Assembly: GCA_964518475.1 (NCBI GenBank)
Contig: CAZFGR010000003.1
Coordinates: forward strand, 32,001-96,000
Source of the DNA: an uncultured Nitrososphaerota archaeon
GTDB lineage: Archaea; Asgardarchaeota; Njordarchaeia; Njordarchaeales; Njordarchaeaceae
Length of the DNA stretch: 64,000 nt
Reading direction: 5' to 3'
This document shows, piece by piece, positions 8,808 through 19,089 of the stretch; position 1 is the stretch's first letter, and every line of letters begins with the position of its first letter. Below the pieces are notes generated by a model. It saw only the letters and a program-made list of their open reading frames with translations, was not told the DNA's origin and ran no database searches. The position numbers and the translations under genes were made by a program.

Positions 8808-11278
8808 TTAGATTTCTCAGCTGTTTACCGAACTCTCAAGATCATTACTGGCCTTATAATGGCTCCATATTTTATTCTCAGTAAATTAAGACCCTAAAGT
8901 CGTATTAGATCATTCCGCTCTCATCTTATTTCTCTTTTCATATCTTAAAAGACTAGATAGTTTTTTATTGAGAGAGGAGATGCGTTTTGGCAGTATTTTA
9001 TTCATTTAAGAATGCTTATTCAGAGTAGCATGTAACGTTTAGACAAATCGGTGAATTTGACTACAAGATACGCTGGATGACGACTCCTATTTACTCTCTT
9101 ATCATAGTTCCAAGCTATAATATGGCACAAGTTCACTATTGTAGCAAAGTTAAGGAGTTTCTAAAACCGGAAAAAAGTAAAGAACCATGAGTATATTTTT
9201 TAAGACGTGATTTAACTTTGTATAAAATATTGAAGCCATCTTGAGATTTCTGAGAAAAATTTTGCCATATTTGGTGGTTTAATGAGAAATCGTCATAGCA
9301 TGAGTATTGTTTTATTCTTGATTATTTCAAGTAGTTTACTAATTGCTTTTTCGCCATGGATGCGGGGGCAAGTAACTAAGTTTTTTGAGAGAACGGGAAT
9401 AACAATTACTCTTAAAATAGACTCTGCCTTAGCTACGAACATTAGTAATTATTACGTAGCAATACAAGTGGTTGCCTTCCTTCCAAATGGTACTGAAATA
9501 ACGATTTATAGAGGAGTCGTCAATGATAGCAAAATCGTACTGGATCCAAACAATAGTGAGGCTTTTAGAAAAGTAATCAGAGCATGGGTTCAGCGTTTAA
9601 ACGAGGAATATGATAAAGATCTTGCTGAGATAGCGCTCTTCTTATCGATATGGATAATCAACAAAAACGACCCAAGAGTGTATTATAGAGTCGTACCAGA
9701 GAGGGTAATATTATATAATCCGTTTAGGGTGCTAAAAGAGAGGATAAAATACGATATATCTTTAGGGAGTAGAAACTTGAGAAAATACAAGGCTAATGTC
9801 TCGATAAACCTGTTAACGGACGTGCAATTAAGATCTAACCAAGAAAAGGGGAGGTATGGAGTCAAAACACCAACGTATGTTGTCGGATACGAGTGGGTGC
9901 TGGAGGAGTACTGGCCACAGGATAATGAGTGGAGAGAAATACCAGTAATGATTCTTAATAATTTAGATACGGTAAGTGCTGATATGTTTAGTGAAATTCT
10001 GATTGATAGTCGATACTCAACGAGCTTTGATGTTACTCTTGCTTATGGATTTAAAATACGTGAGTTGGCGCGAAATCGGGAATATGTCAAAATATATTCG
10101 GATGCTCTCGAAGTCCGACTTGGAGGTAGTTCGATCGTTAGAGTTATAGACTTCGTTGAGCATGTTCATCACTTATTGGGGAATCAGCGAAAATACATAT
10201 ATATAATTGGGAAGCCTTTTTATGGGTCATATAAGGAGTACCTGGTTGCATATGATTCTCTAGGAAAAATAATTTACATGGAGCCAACTGGAAACGAAAT
10301 GATAAAAACGTATATCTACGACATTCAGAGTAGTCCAACGGATCCCTCAGATATAGCAGGTGGTGTAAAAGATGGTCTTCCCCCTTTTATGGATCAGTTC
10401 TTTGGGGGCGTGGATGTAAGACAGCTATTCTTGGAGAACGGACCTTTAGCGGATGGAGATCTAGAAGTTGAAGAGAAAGAAAGCTTAATAGACATTATGA
10501 ATCACTTTGATGTCCATAAAGTAGGTTTTAACATAGGTATTCCAGTTGGAGCCTTAATAGCTAGTATTCTCCCAGAATCAATGGCTTTCATGGGCCCAGT
10601 TTTAGCTGGTTTAGTTCTCTCGATACATTATGTTAAGGAAGAAAGCTTGCATGTTAGTGGTTCGATTGAGAATATGGGCAAAACAACTTTTGGTGGTAGG
10701 GATGTTACTGAAGACGTTTACGTGGCTATAAGTAAGTACGTTTATCATGGTTCTATGGGCGAATTTAACGTGCCCACTGGAATATATTTCGTGTTTGATA
10801 CGGAAGACTTGCCTCCGAACACTGGTTGTCCGTTCCTGTATGTTTATACTGAAAATGGTTTTGTTCGTGAGGGATTGCTTGATATTCATTCTAGTAGCGG
10901 ATTTGATGTTACTCGTAATCATACACTATCTAATGAACCAGTTATCGTTGATAGTAAGTATATTTTCAAATTAGTTGAGCATCCAAAAACTATTTCTTAC
11001 ATTGATTATGTTAAGTTATTCGCAGTGCTTGAAAATAGTTCTGTGGTAGAGTTACCGTTGGTCAAGGCGGTTCATAACGTCTATGGAGACGTGTTACCGT
11101 GGTTAATGTTGGATGATGATTTAAGAATTCCGTGTGTGGGAGCTTATCATAGATCATTTGGTAGCCATGAAATCTACCTAGAGTTTGAAGCCTTGAATGG
11201 AGCAAAGGTTCTCTATTTTATCTTCCAGATACAGGGACATAACGCAATCACTAAGGGTTAAGAAATTAGATTTCTCAG
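8808..11278 (+). repeat. 13-bp direct repeat TTAGATTTCTCAG flanking the 659-aa gene
   Basis: Identical 13-mers at 8808-8820 and 11266-11278. Confidence 0.5.
9282..11261 (+). CDS. Large secreted/surface hypothetical protein with a C-terminal CP-x-LYV module
   Basis: 659-aa ORF with an N-terminal hydrophobic signal; GCPFLYVYTENGF motif starts a beta-rich C-terminal domain. Confidence 0.7.
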   Translation: MRNRHSMSIVLFLIISSSLLIAFSPWMRGQVTKFFERTGITITLKIDSALATNISNYYVAIQVVAFLPNGTEITIYRGVVNDSKIVLDPNNSEAFRKVIRAWVQRLNEEYDKDLAEIALFLSIWIINKNDPRVYYRVVPERVILYNPFRVLKERIKYDISLGSRNLRKYKANVSINLLTDVQLRSNQEKGRYGVKTPTYVVGYEWVLEEYWPQDNEWREIPVMILNNLDTVSADMFSEILIDSRYSTSFDVTLAYGFKIRELARNREYVKIYSDALEVRLGGSSIVRVIDFVEHVHHLLGNQRKYIYIIGKPFYGSYKEYLVAYDSLGKIIYMEPTGNEMIKTYIYDIQSSPTDPSDIAGGVKDGLPPFMDQFFGGVDVRQLFLENGPLADGDLEVEEKESLIDIMNHFDVHKVGFNIGIPVGALIASILPESMAFMGPVLAGLVLSIHYVKEESLHVSGSIENMGKTTFGGRDVTEDVYVAISKYVYHGSMGEFNVPTGIYFVFDTEDLPPNTGCPFLYVYTENGFVREGLLDIHSSSGFDVTRNHTLSNEPVIVDSKYIFKLVEHPKTISYIDYVKLFAVLENSSVVELPLVKAVHNVYGDVLPWLMLDDDLRIPCVGAYHRSFGSHEIYLEFEALNGAKVLYFIFQIQGHNAITKG

Positions 11279-11485
11279 AGCCAGTCTTTAGTAATTCTTT
11301 CCATTTCTTATTTTTCCTTCAATAGGCCTTTAAATTTCTATAAGTGATTATATCTTGATATGACGGGTTTCCGAAGAGATACTGGTTTGCACGTATGGTA
11401 CATGCTTTGAAGGTAATTTTTATGTATGAAAGAAAAACTAATAACCAGATTGGTTCTAACGATATATGGTTACGACTAAGCAACT

Positions 11486-11560
11486 GGGGCCGTGGTCTAG
11501 TGGTAGGACGCCCGGCTCACAACCGGGAGGTCGGCGGTTCGATTCCGCCCGGCCCCACCA
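11486..11560 (+). tRNA. tRNA-Val(CAC)
   Basis: GGGGCCGTGGTCTAGTGG...CCCGG CT CAC AA CCGGG...GGTTCGATTCC...GGCCCCACCA. Confidence 0.96.
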
Positions 11561-11628
11561 ACGATAATAATGCTAGGGGAATAAATTTATAATTCGTCCT
11601 AGAAAGTGTATATAACCATGATTTTGTT

Positions 11629-11728
<100 letters not shown>

Positions 11729-11755
11729 TTCAACTTCTCTTCTCTGGTGTTTTCT

Positions 11756-12121
11756 TTGGTTGTTCATGAAAAGACTCGATGGGTTTTCTTTGAAGTGATT
11801 GGAGATCCTATTGAAGAGAGTGAGTTGAGACAAGGGCTTAGAAGGATCCTTTTTGAATTGTTTGGTACTTTTGGTGCTTCTCAAGTGTATTTTAGGATAG
11901 TGGAGTATGATCCAGAAAAGGGTGTGGGTATATTAAAAGTGAATTTAGAAGGGCTCCCGTTGTTGCGTGTTGCCTTATTTTTTCTTAAGAGTATAGGGCC
12001 TAAGCGTATAATTATCAATGACTTATTAGTTAGCGGGACTATTGCTGCTCTGCGTAGAAAAATTCCTCGGGTAAGGACTTGGCGAGAGTATCAGTCTATG
12101 GCGAATAAACGGGGGATTTAG
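11756..12121 (+). CDS. rnp2: RNase P protein component 2 (Pop5/Rpp14 family)
   Basis: KTRWVFFEV...LFGTFGAS...GILKV...VSGTIAALRRK. Start moved to TTG 11756, downstream of the tRNA. Confidence 0.88.
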   Translation: MVVHEKTRWVFFEVIGDPIEESELRQGLRRILFELFGTFGASQVYFRIVEYDPEKGVGILKVNLEGLPLLRVALFFLKSIGPKRIIINDLLVSGTIAALRRKIPRVRTWREYQSMANKRGI

Positions 12122-12211
12122 TGCCATTTTTATAGATTTCCTTTTAGGTATTTTTATTTCGCTAATGATTATCAAGTAGGGTTAGCATTACTATTAGTGG
12201 TGGTGTGTTTC

Positions 12212-13168
12212 ATGAATAATGAATTGCAGGGCCATGGGTACGTTAAGTACATTATTCATGCTAATATGTTCGTGGAGGGTGTTGTGGAAAAACATGATAT
12301 TATAGGTGCTATCTTTGGGCAATTGGATGGATTATTACCAAGCTCTATGGATCTGCAAGAATTGCAGAGAATAGGAAAAATCGACAGGATTAATGTCCGG
12401 GTATCTCATAAAGATGGACGTACTTATGCTCAGATCACTATTCCATGCAATATGACTAAATTAGAAGTAGCTATTTTAGCAGCAGCATTGGAGACTATTG
12501 ATAGAGTTGGACCTAGCAAAGCTGAGACGAAATTAGTAAAGATAGAGGATGTTAGGAAAGTGAAGAGGGAGGCGATTGTTAAGAGAGCGGCGGAGATACT
12601 GAGGATTTGGGACGATTTAGTATCACCTAGTAATGCGGATATTGCTAAGAGGGTGGAGGAAGAGGCTAGGAAGCATAAGCTTATTTATATTGGACCGGAG
12701 AAATTACCTGCTGGGCCTGCCGTTAAAACCAGCGATGAAGTGATAATTGTAGAGGGACGTGCTGATGTTATAAATCTACTAAAACACGGTTTTGACAATG
12801 CTATAGCGGTAGAAGGTACGAAAATTCCGCAAACCATAATTGATCTTTCGAGAAAGAAAATAACTACAGCTTTCGTGGATGGTGATCGTAGCGGATTATT
12901 GATCTTGAAGGAATTGCTGCAAGTGGCTGATATAGACTACATAGCACGAGCTCCCAAAGGCAAGGAAGTTCAACATTTATCATTAAAAGAAATAAAGAGA
13001 GCTCTTTCTCGCAGAGTTCCAGTAAATAATTTAAGGATCACGGTAGAGATGGCTGCGGAGGACTTAGAGAGAATTCTCGAAAAAACAATCAACAATAAAC
13101 AAACTAGCAATAGTGATAAACCTGCTGGGGGAGGACAAGTTGAAAAAACCATGGACAGAGATTCGTAA
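12212..13168 (+). CDS. dnaG: Archaeal DnaG (exosome-associated primase-like protein)
   Basis: KYIIHA...GVVEKHDIIGAIFGQ; TOPRIM motifs IIVEGRADV and FVDGDRSG. Confidence 0.95.
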   Translation: MNNELQGHGYVKYIIHANMFVEGVVEKHDIIGAIFGQLDGLLPSSMDLQELQRIGKIDRINVRVSHKDGRTYAQITIPCNMTKLEVAILAAALETIDRVGPSKAETKLVKIEDVRKVKREAIVKRAAEILRIWDDLVSPSNADIAKRVEEEARKHKLIYIGPEKLPAGPAVKTSDEVIIVEGRADVINLLKHGFDNAIAVEGTKIPQTIIDLSRKKITTAFVDGDRSGLLILKELLQVADIDYIARAPKGKEVQHLSLKEIKRALSRRVPVNNLRITVEMAAEDLERILEKTINNKQTSNSDKPAGGGQVEKTMDRDS

Positions 13169-13433
13169 AAAATTGCACGAGAAACCAGACATTAGAATAG
13201 GAAAAATGGGAATCACAGAAGGGGTTATATTAGAAGCTAAGCGTCTTCTCAAGAATAAAGGCGTGATAAAAGTTAAAGTTCTCAAAAATATTGCAGCAAC
13301 GAAGAAAGAGGCTAAAGAACTAATAGAAAAACTCGCTGAGGAAGCAGGCGCAGAAATAGGAAAAATTATAGGTAAAACAGCAATATTATATCGAAGCGAT
13401 TATCTGAAACAAAATGTTTCTGAGAGAAGTTGA
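13140..13433 (+). CDS. YhbY/CRM-domain RNA-binding protein
   Basis: IRIGKMGIT...IKVKVL...IIGKTAILYR; GGAGG before TTG 13140. Confidence 0.9.
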   Translation: MKKPWTEIRKKLHEKPDIRIGKMGITEGVILEAKRLLKNKGVIKVKVLKNIAATKKEAKELIEKLAEEAGAEIGKIIGKTAILYRSDYLKQNVSERS

Positions 13434-13434
13434 A

Positions 13435-13512
<78 letters not shown>

Positions 13513-13616
13513 AAGAAATCCATAGAAACACTTCAAAACTTCACTTCATGACTATGATACATGCTAAGAAAAATTTTTGAATAATTCTATCATCATCACT
13601 TTCTTTGAATACTCAT

Positions 13617-13742
13617 GCCGGGGTTGCCGAGCTGGTACGGCGCCGACCGCGCCACCCCCGCAGAGGGGGTTGGGCGCGGGCGCATGCCTGCTAAGCCGGT
13701 GGCGATTACGCCTCGCGGGTTCAAATCCCGCCCCCGGCACCA
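13617..13742 (+). tRNA. tRNA-Ser(GCT) with a non-canonical 29/30 intron (13646-13685, 40 nt)
   Basis: Removing the intron gives CCGGC CT GCT AA GCCGG and a long variable arm. BHB motif GCGC-CG^A ... GCGC-AT^G. Confidence 0.88.
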
Positions 13743-13840
13743 TCTCCTTTTCAAGTCTCTACTTTGAGATAAATATATTTATATTTCGTTTCTTAATTTG
13801 GTTCAATTACTAATTAACGAGTGGTGCTAGGGAGGTATCA

Positions 13841-14296
13841 ATGGCTAGAATGTATGCTCGTAAAAGAGGTAAATCGAGTTCAAAGAGGTTGTATAGAGAC
13901 AAACCACCAGAATGGGTTATGCTTTCAGCGGAGGAAGTTGAGCAGAAAATTGTAGAGTTAGCTCGTAAAGGTTATAGCGCAGCGATGATCGGTATTATTC
14001 TAAGAGATCAGTATGGAATTCCTAATGTAAGACAGATACTTGGTAAAAAAATCTCGAAAGTTTTAGAGGAGCATGGTCTGCTTCCTTCTATACCCGAAGA
14101 TCTTAACAATCTCATTCGGAAAGCTGTTAGGCTTAGAAGACATCTCAGTGTTCATAGAAAAGATTATCACAACAAGAGAGCACTGCACTTAATCGAGAGT
14201 AAGATTAAGAGACTAGTTAAATATTATAAGAGAATAGGGAGATTGCCGGAAGACTGGAACTATGAGAAGTACATCCAAACAATTGGTGGGGCATAA
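13841..14296 (+). CDS. rps15: 30S ribosomal protein uS15
   Basis: [12 protein letters not shown]...[12 protein letters not shown]...IPEDL...[14 protein letters not shown]. Confidence 0.97.
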   Translation: MARMYARKRGKSSSKRLYRDKPPEWVMLSAEEVEQKIVELARKGYSAAMIGIILRDQYGIPNVRQILGKKISKVLEEHGLLPSIPEDLNNLIRKAVRLRRHLSVHRKDYHNKRALHLIESKIKRLVKYYKRIGRLPEDWNYEKYIQTIGGA

Positions 14297-14382
14297 TTTT
14301 TTATCCTAATATACAATACTGGTAATGTTTTCTGGAAACTTTTGTTATTTTTAAAAATGTTAAACCTATTTCTGAGGAGGGT

Positions 14383-15609
14383 GTGATGATGTCTAATTTC
14401 GTATTCCATCCGCTTCGAAAAGATCCTGTCGAAAACCTACCTGTTGAAATTGTAGAAAGAAAGGGGTTGGGGCATCCAGATACTATTTGTGATGGTGTTG
14501 TCGAACGAGTAGCCATTTATCTTACCCAATACTACTCAGAACACTTTGGTTTTCCTCTACACTTCAATGTAGATAAAGCAGTTCTAGTTGGGGGACGGGC
14601 TTTACCCCGCTTTGGTGGAGGAGAAGTTCTGGAGCCAATAATTATTCATATCGTTGGTAGGGCTACTACTAGTGTTAAGAGAGAGTCAGGTCAAGAAGAG
14701 GCAGTACCAATAGGGCCTTTGGTACTTAAGGCTGTGCATGATTACATAGGAGATAACTTCAGGTATCTTGACCCTATACAACACATCGTTGTTCAATATT
14801 CTATTAGACCAGGAAGCGTGGATTTAGTAAAGGTTTATGAGAAAATAAGGAAGACGGGGGTTCCACCCGCCAACGATACTTCGATAGGAGTGGGTTTCGC
14901 ACCTTTGACAGATACCGAGCGTATATGCCTCGAAGTAGAGCAGTTTCTGAATTCTCCTGAAACTAAAAAGAAATATCCAGCTGTTGGAGAAGACATTAAA
15001 GTAATGTGTGTGAGAATGCATAATAAGATAAGAGTCACTCTAGCAATGGCTACTGTTTCTAAAGAAGTTAATAGTATGAGTGAATATTTAGCATTAAAAG
15101 AGCAGATCCGTGAAATTTTACTGGATCGAATTTCAAATATGACCGAAAGGGAAGTTGAGCTCTATGTAAATATGGCGGACGATCCAGAAAATGGAATAGC
15201 ATACATAACGGTTACTGGTACTTCAGCAGAAGCAGGAGATGATGGCCAGGTAGGTAGAGGAAATAGGGCTAACGGGTTAATTACCCCTATGAGACCCATG
15301 AGTATCGAAGCAGCAGCTGGCAAAAACGCGGTTAGTCATGTAGGAAAAATCTACCAAATTGCCGCTAGAACCGCGGCTGAGAAAATCTATAAGGAAGTAG
15401 GTGGGTTGAAAGAGGTTTATGTAATGCTTGTAAGCACTATAGGCCAACCTATAACGGAACCTCAAATAGTTAATATTCAATATCTTCCAGAAGAGGGAGT
15501 AAATAAGGGTGACATCGAGCAGGATATGAAAGGTATCATAGAGGAAGTATTAAACGATCTACCGAATCTATGGAAACACTTCATTAGGGGGGAAATTAAA
15601 GTATACTAA
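14383..15609 (+). CDS. mat: Archaeal S-adenosylmethionine synthetase
   Basis: [44 protein letters not shown]. Confidence 0.96.
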   Translation: MMMSNFVFHPLRKDPVENLPVEIVERKGLGHPDTICDGVVERVAIYLTQYYSEHFGFPLHFNVDKAVLVGGRALPRFGGGEVLEPIIIHIVGRATTSVKRESGQEEAVPIGPLVLKAVHDYIGDNFRYLDPIQHIVVQYSIRPGSVDLVKVYEKIRKTGVPPANDTSIGVGFAPLTDTERICLEVEQFLNSPETKKKYPAVGEDIKVMCVRMHNKIRVTLAMATVSKEVNSMSEYLALKEQIREILLDRISNMTEREVELYVNMADDPENGIAYITVTGTSAEAGDDGQVGRGNRANGLITPMRPMSIEAAAGKNAVSHVGKIYQIAARTAAEKIYKEVGGLKEVYVMLVSTIGQPITEPQIVNIQYLPEEGVNKGDIEQDMKGIIEEVLNDLPNLWKHFIRGEIKVY

Positions 15610-15624
15610 GGGAGGATAAAATAA

Positions 15625-16728
15625 GTGAATGAGGATATTTTTGAAAAGCTTTTTTCTCTTCATCATTCTTTAGGAACTAGAATTTCTACCTACGATCTTA
15701 AAATTTCAACAAATATTCAGTCCGAAAGCGTTATTGGTGGAACTTTTGACAGATTACATCCTGGACATGAGTCATTGATCTCTAGTGCGTTAAACGTATC
15801 AAATAAAGTACATATCGGCGTTATGAGCGATGAGGGAGTTAAGAAATGGGGACGAAAAATTGAAGGAGACAAAATTCATGACTTTATCACTCGTGTCACA
15901 AAGCTAGAGATTTTCCTAGCAAAATATGGTGAGAGATCCAGAGTAAAAATAATTGAGATACACGATCCATTTAGTTACGCTATTGAGTCAGAAGCAGCTC
16001 AAAAACTAGACGCTATAATAGTATCCGAAGAAACAATCGTGCTCGAAAGAGCTAGAGAATTAAACACTATGAGAGAGAAAAGAGGACTAAGAAGGCTGGT
16101 TCTCTTCAAGTATCCATTAGTAGTAGATGAGAATGGAGTCCCTTTCTCTTCTGGTAGGCTTAGAAAAGGAGAAAAAATACTGAATATTACCTTACCAACA
16201 TTTAGGTTGATGGGAAAAGAGATTATAAATGAAGTGAAAAAGCCTAAGGGAGAACTAGTAAATTCTCCGAAAGACTTACCTGAACCGCCTAGAATAGTTA
16301 TCGCTATTGGAGATATCGTGGTTCAAAATTTGATTAAAAATAATTACCCAATAAGCATTGCGGTAATTGATAAACGAAGCAGAAGAACGTCTTTAATAAA
16401 TTATTATCTCTATAAGAAATATGAAAAGGAAATAGAAGAAGTTCAATTACCTATTTACCTTCCAGCCTTAAACCCTCCTGGAACAATTACTAATGATTCA
16501 TGGGAGAAATTCTATATTGCTCTCCTTCAAGAAAACCCCGTCGTAATAAGGGTGTATGGAGAAGAAGACTTGTTCGGTTTCCCAGCAACAATCATAGCTC
16601 CTAACGAAAGTTTAGTAATCTATGGTCAACCTCCGCCAGAGGATAAATTAGTCTATTTTTTTGTTGATGATAGTCATAGACAGGCAGCAATTGAATTATT
16701 AATGCGCATGAAAGTAAACTTTCCTTAA
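15625..16728 (+). CDS. coaD: Fusion of phosphopantetheine adenylyltransferase (CoaD) and GTP-dependent dephospho-CoA kinase (DUF359)
   Basis: N-half: GGTFDRLHPGH, IIVSEET, SS. C-half: GDIV, D..SRR, NPPGTIT, GEEDL, YGQP. Confidence 0.9.
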   Translation: MNEDIFEKLFSLHHSLGTRISTYDLKISTNIQSESVIGGTFDRLHPGHESLISSALNVSNKVHIGVMSDEGVKKWGRKIEGDKIHDFITRVTKLEIFLAKYGERSRVKIIEIHDPFSYAIESEAAQKLDAIIVSEETIVLERARELNTMREKRGLRRLVLFKYPLVVDENGVPFSSGRLRKGEKILNITLPTFRLMGKEIINEVKKPKGELVNSPKDLPEPPRIVIAIGDIVVQNLIKNNYPISIAVIDKRSRRTSLINYYLYKKYEKEIEEVQLPIYLPALNPPGTITNDSWEKFYIALLQENPVVIRVYGEEDLFGFPATIIAPNESLVIYGQPPPEDKLVYFFVDDSHRQAAIELLMRMKVNFP

Positions 16729-16857
16729 AAGATCTAATTTAAATTAAACTATGCTTTAGTAAAACCAAATCTTCAGATATTTTAGCATGACAGAATATTA
16801 AACATGCCCATTAAAGTCGTACTAAACCGTATATTAAAATTTAGATGAGGTGAGAAT

Positions 16858-17589
16858 ATGGCTGAGACAAAACCTTCCTCCTCGTTCAATCCTAAAAACG
16901 ATTATAGACTAGCAATGGCTGTTTATGCTATTGATGTATTGGATTCCTTAGCTCGAGACGGTAAAATACCTGGAATTAGAAAGCAAGAAGCTATAGAGTT
17001 GTTAGAGAAGATTTCCTCCTGCGTAAATAAAATGAGAGAATCAACAATGTCTAAACACATGTTATTAATAAGTAATCTGTTCCGTGGTTTCAATAATCTC
17101 TTATCGACTTTTATATCCAGACTGGGGGTAAATTGGTATCGAGTAGCGAAGATGAAAGATGACTATACAGCGAAATTGTTAAGGTTTGCAATATTCAACT
17201 TACGCTCTCTAGGTACTAGGTTAAAGAAATTTCCAGATAATAGTCCAGTGGGTACAGTTAAGATAAGTTATGTGCGTGTTCTTCAGGTAAAGCCCCATCC
17301 TAAAGATCCTAAGTACAAAATCGCTAAAGTTACGGATATGGAAATGATTTATGAAGTAGTTACAGATGCTGACATAGAGGAAAAAAGTGTTGTACTATTT
17401 GCACATACGCCTCCACTCAGAGTAAAGGGAGCTGTCTCGGAGGGCATAATACTAAAAGATGATGAAGGAAAAGTAATAACTGGATCCGATGAAGATATTG
17501 GACAAACACCAACAGAATTACCAGAAAACGCCAAAAAGCAAATTGAAGAAATCGTGATTAAGTTATTAGAAGAGGAATTTCTAATTTAA
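16858..17589 (+). CDS. tRNA-binding protein with a C-terminal EMAP/OB domain (COG2517-like)
   Basis: NDYRL N-terminal motif; VLQVKPHP...EVVTD...PP...GAVSEGI OB-fold motif. Confidence 0.75.
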   Translation: MAETKPSSSFNPKNDYRLAMAVYAIDVLDSLARDGKIPGIRKQEAIELLEKISSCVNKMRESTMSKHMLLISNLFRGFNNLLSTFISRLGVNWYRVAKMKDDYTAKLLRFAIFNLRSLGTRLKKFPDNSPVGTVKISYVRVLQVKPHPKDPKYKIAKVTDMEMIYEVVTDADIEEKSVVLFAHTPPLRVKGAVSEGIILKDDEGKVITGSDEDIGQTPTELPENAKKQIEEIVIKLLEEEFLI

Positions 17590-17724
17590 AATTCCACCAA
17601 AAAGCATTTTAGTTTAGTAATATTAGATTTCGACAAATACTTTAATGCACACTGATGATAGCCTCCTCTTTCCTCTGATGATAATAACTTTATCACGCAA
17701 CTATTCCTAGGAGGAGCGTAGAAA

Positions 17725-18240
17725 ATGGTTTCTCGTGGATTACTCATAGGTAGATTCCAGCCCTTTCATAAAGGGCATCTTTGGGCGGTTCGGGAGATTC
17801 TTAATAGAGAAGACGAGATAATAATAGGTATTGGCTCAGCACAGGATAGCTATTCAATAGAAAATCCACTCACGGCGGGGGAACGCGTCGAAATTGTAAG
17901 AGAAGTTTTAAAAAATTTAGGTGTCTTGGATAGAGCTGTAATTATCCCTATTCCAGATATAAACGAAAACTTAGCATGGCCAGGGAGAGTAATTGAGCTG
18001 ACACCTAGATTTGATCGCGTATATTCTGGTAATGAACTAGTGCTCATGTTATTTGAACGCTTTGGAATAGAAACTGTGAAATTGGAACATATTAATAGAG
18101 ACATTTACCAGGGAAGGGTTATAAGGGAATTAATTGTAAAAGGAGAGCCTTGGGAGCATCTCGTGCCAGAGAGTATCATTCCTTTGCTTAAGAAGTTTGG
18201 GTTCGAAGAGAGAATCCGTCGTTTAGCGGCTAGGAGGTGA
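17725..18240 (+). CDS. nadM: Nicotinamide-nucleotide adenylyltransferase
   Basis: RGLLIGRFQPFHKGH, GIGSAQ, NPLTAGER, WEHLVP. Confidence 0.95.
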   Translation: MVSRGLLIGRFQPFHKGHLWAVREILNREDEIIIGIGSAQDSYSIENPLTAGERVEIVREVLKNLGVLDRAVIIPIPDINENLAWPGRVIELTPRFDRVYSGNELVLMLFERFGIETVKLEHINRDIYQGRVIRELIVKGEPWEHLVPESIIPLLKKFGFEERIRRLAARR

Positions 18241-18246
18241 AATTTT

Positions 18247-19089
18247 GTGGAAATTAAGTTAATAGCGAGACCTAACAAGCTTTATGTAGAATTTTTCATG
18301 AATGATGTAGAAGTTCACATCCTCAATGCTTTACGAAGAGCAATACTAACAGAGATACCCGTTCTCGCAATCCATGACGTCTTTGTTCATCTTAATACTA
18401 GTGCTCTATATGACGAAGAGCTTGCTCATAGATTAGCTCTTATACCACTTAAAGTGGACAAGAACGAATTAAATATTTTAGAGGATTGTGCTGATCTCGA
18501 GGGAGCATCTTTAGAAAAGTTAATAGAGTGCACTGCACGTTTAAGACTGCATAAGAAAGGTGAAGAAGGAAAAATAATAACAGTATATTCTGGAGATCTA
18601 GAGCCAATTGATAGAAAAAGTGTGAGACCAGTATATGATAACATTCCTATTGTTAAACTAGGACCAGGACAAGAAATAGAGCTTGAAGCGATAGCTAAAG
18701 TGGGTAAAGGAAAAGATCATGCAAAATGGATCCCTGTTTCTACTTTAGGATATAAACCAATACCAATATTAATCGCCACAGATGTCTGCGATGGATGTGG
18801 CAAATGTATCGAGGCATGCCCTAAAAACATACTAAAATTAAATGGTAGACCGCATTTAGAGGGAATAGGACTTTATCTGTGCGACTTAGACCGCATCTGC
18901 GTTAGAGCTTGCCCGAAAAGAGCATTGAAGCTAGAACCATCGGATTCTCAATACATCTTCCGGTTAGAAAGCGTGGGTCAATATACTCCAGAGGAAATAA
19001 TTCTGAGTGCATTAGATATTCTTGATAAAAAATTCCTTAAATTCTTTAATGAGCTAAAGAAAGAAGTTTCAAAATTCAGAAAAGAATGA
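18247..19089 (+). CDS. rpoD: DNA-directed RNA polymerase subunit D (Rpo3) with a ferredoxin-like insert
   Basis: NALRRAI, DEELAHRLALIP, GKGKDHAKW, CDGCGKCIEACP. Confidence 0.96.
   Translation: MEIKLIARPNKLYVEFFMNDVEVHILNALRRAILTEIPVLAIHDVFVHLNTSALYDEELAHRLALIPLKVDKNELNILEDCADLEGASLEKLIECTARLRLHKKGEEGKIITVYSGDLEPIDRKSVRPVYDNIPIVKLGPGQEIELEAIAKVGKGKDHAKWIPVSTLGYKPIPILIATDVCDGCGKCIEACPKNILKLNGRPHLEGIGLYLCDLDRICVRACPKRALKLEPSDSQYIFRLESVGQYTPEEIILSALDILDKKFLKFFNELKKEVSKFRKE

Noticed and set aside
8810-8915. Minus-strand ATGATCT...CTGA pairs as a C/D sRNA
   Set aside because: The C boxes deviate from RTGATGA and the spacing is irregular.
13577-13813. 78-aa ORF; also the idea that this tRNA is an amber suppressor (CTA) or tRNA-Leu(TAA)
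   Set aside because: The ORF overlaps the tRNA. After intron removal the 7-nt loop is CT-GCT-AA, so GCT is the centred anticodon.
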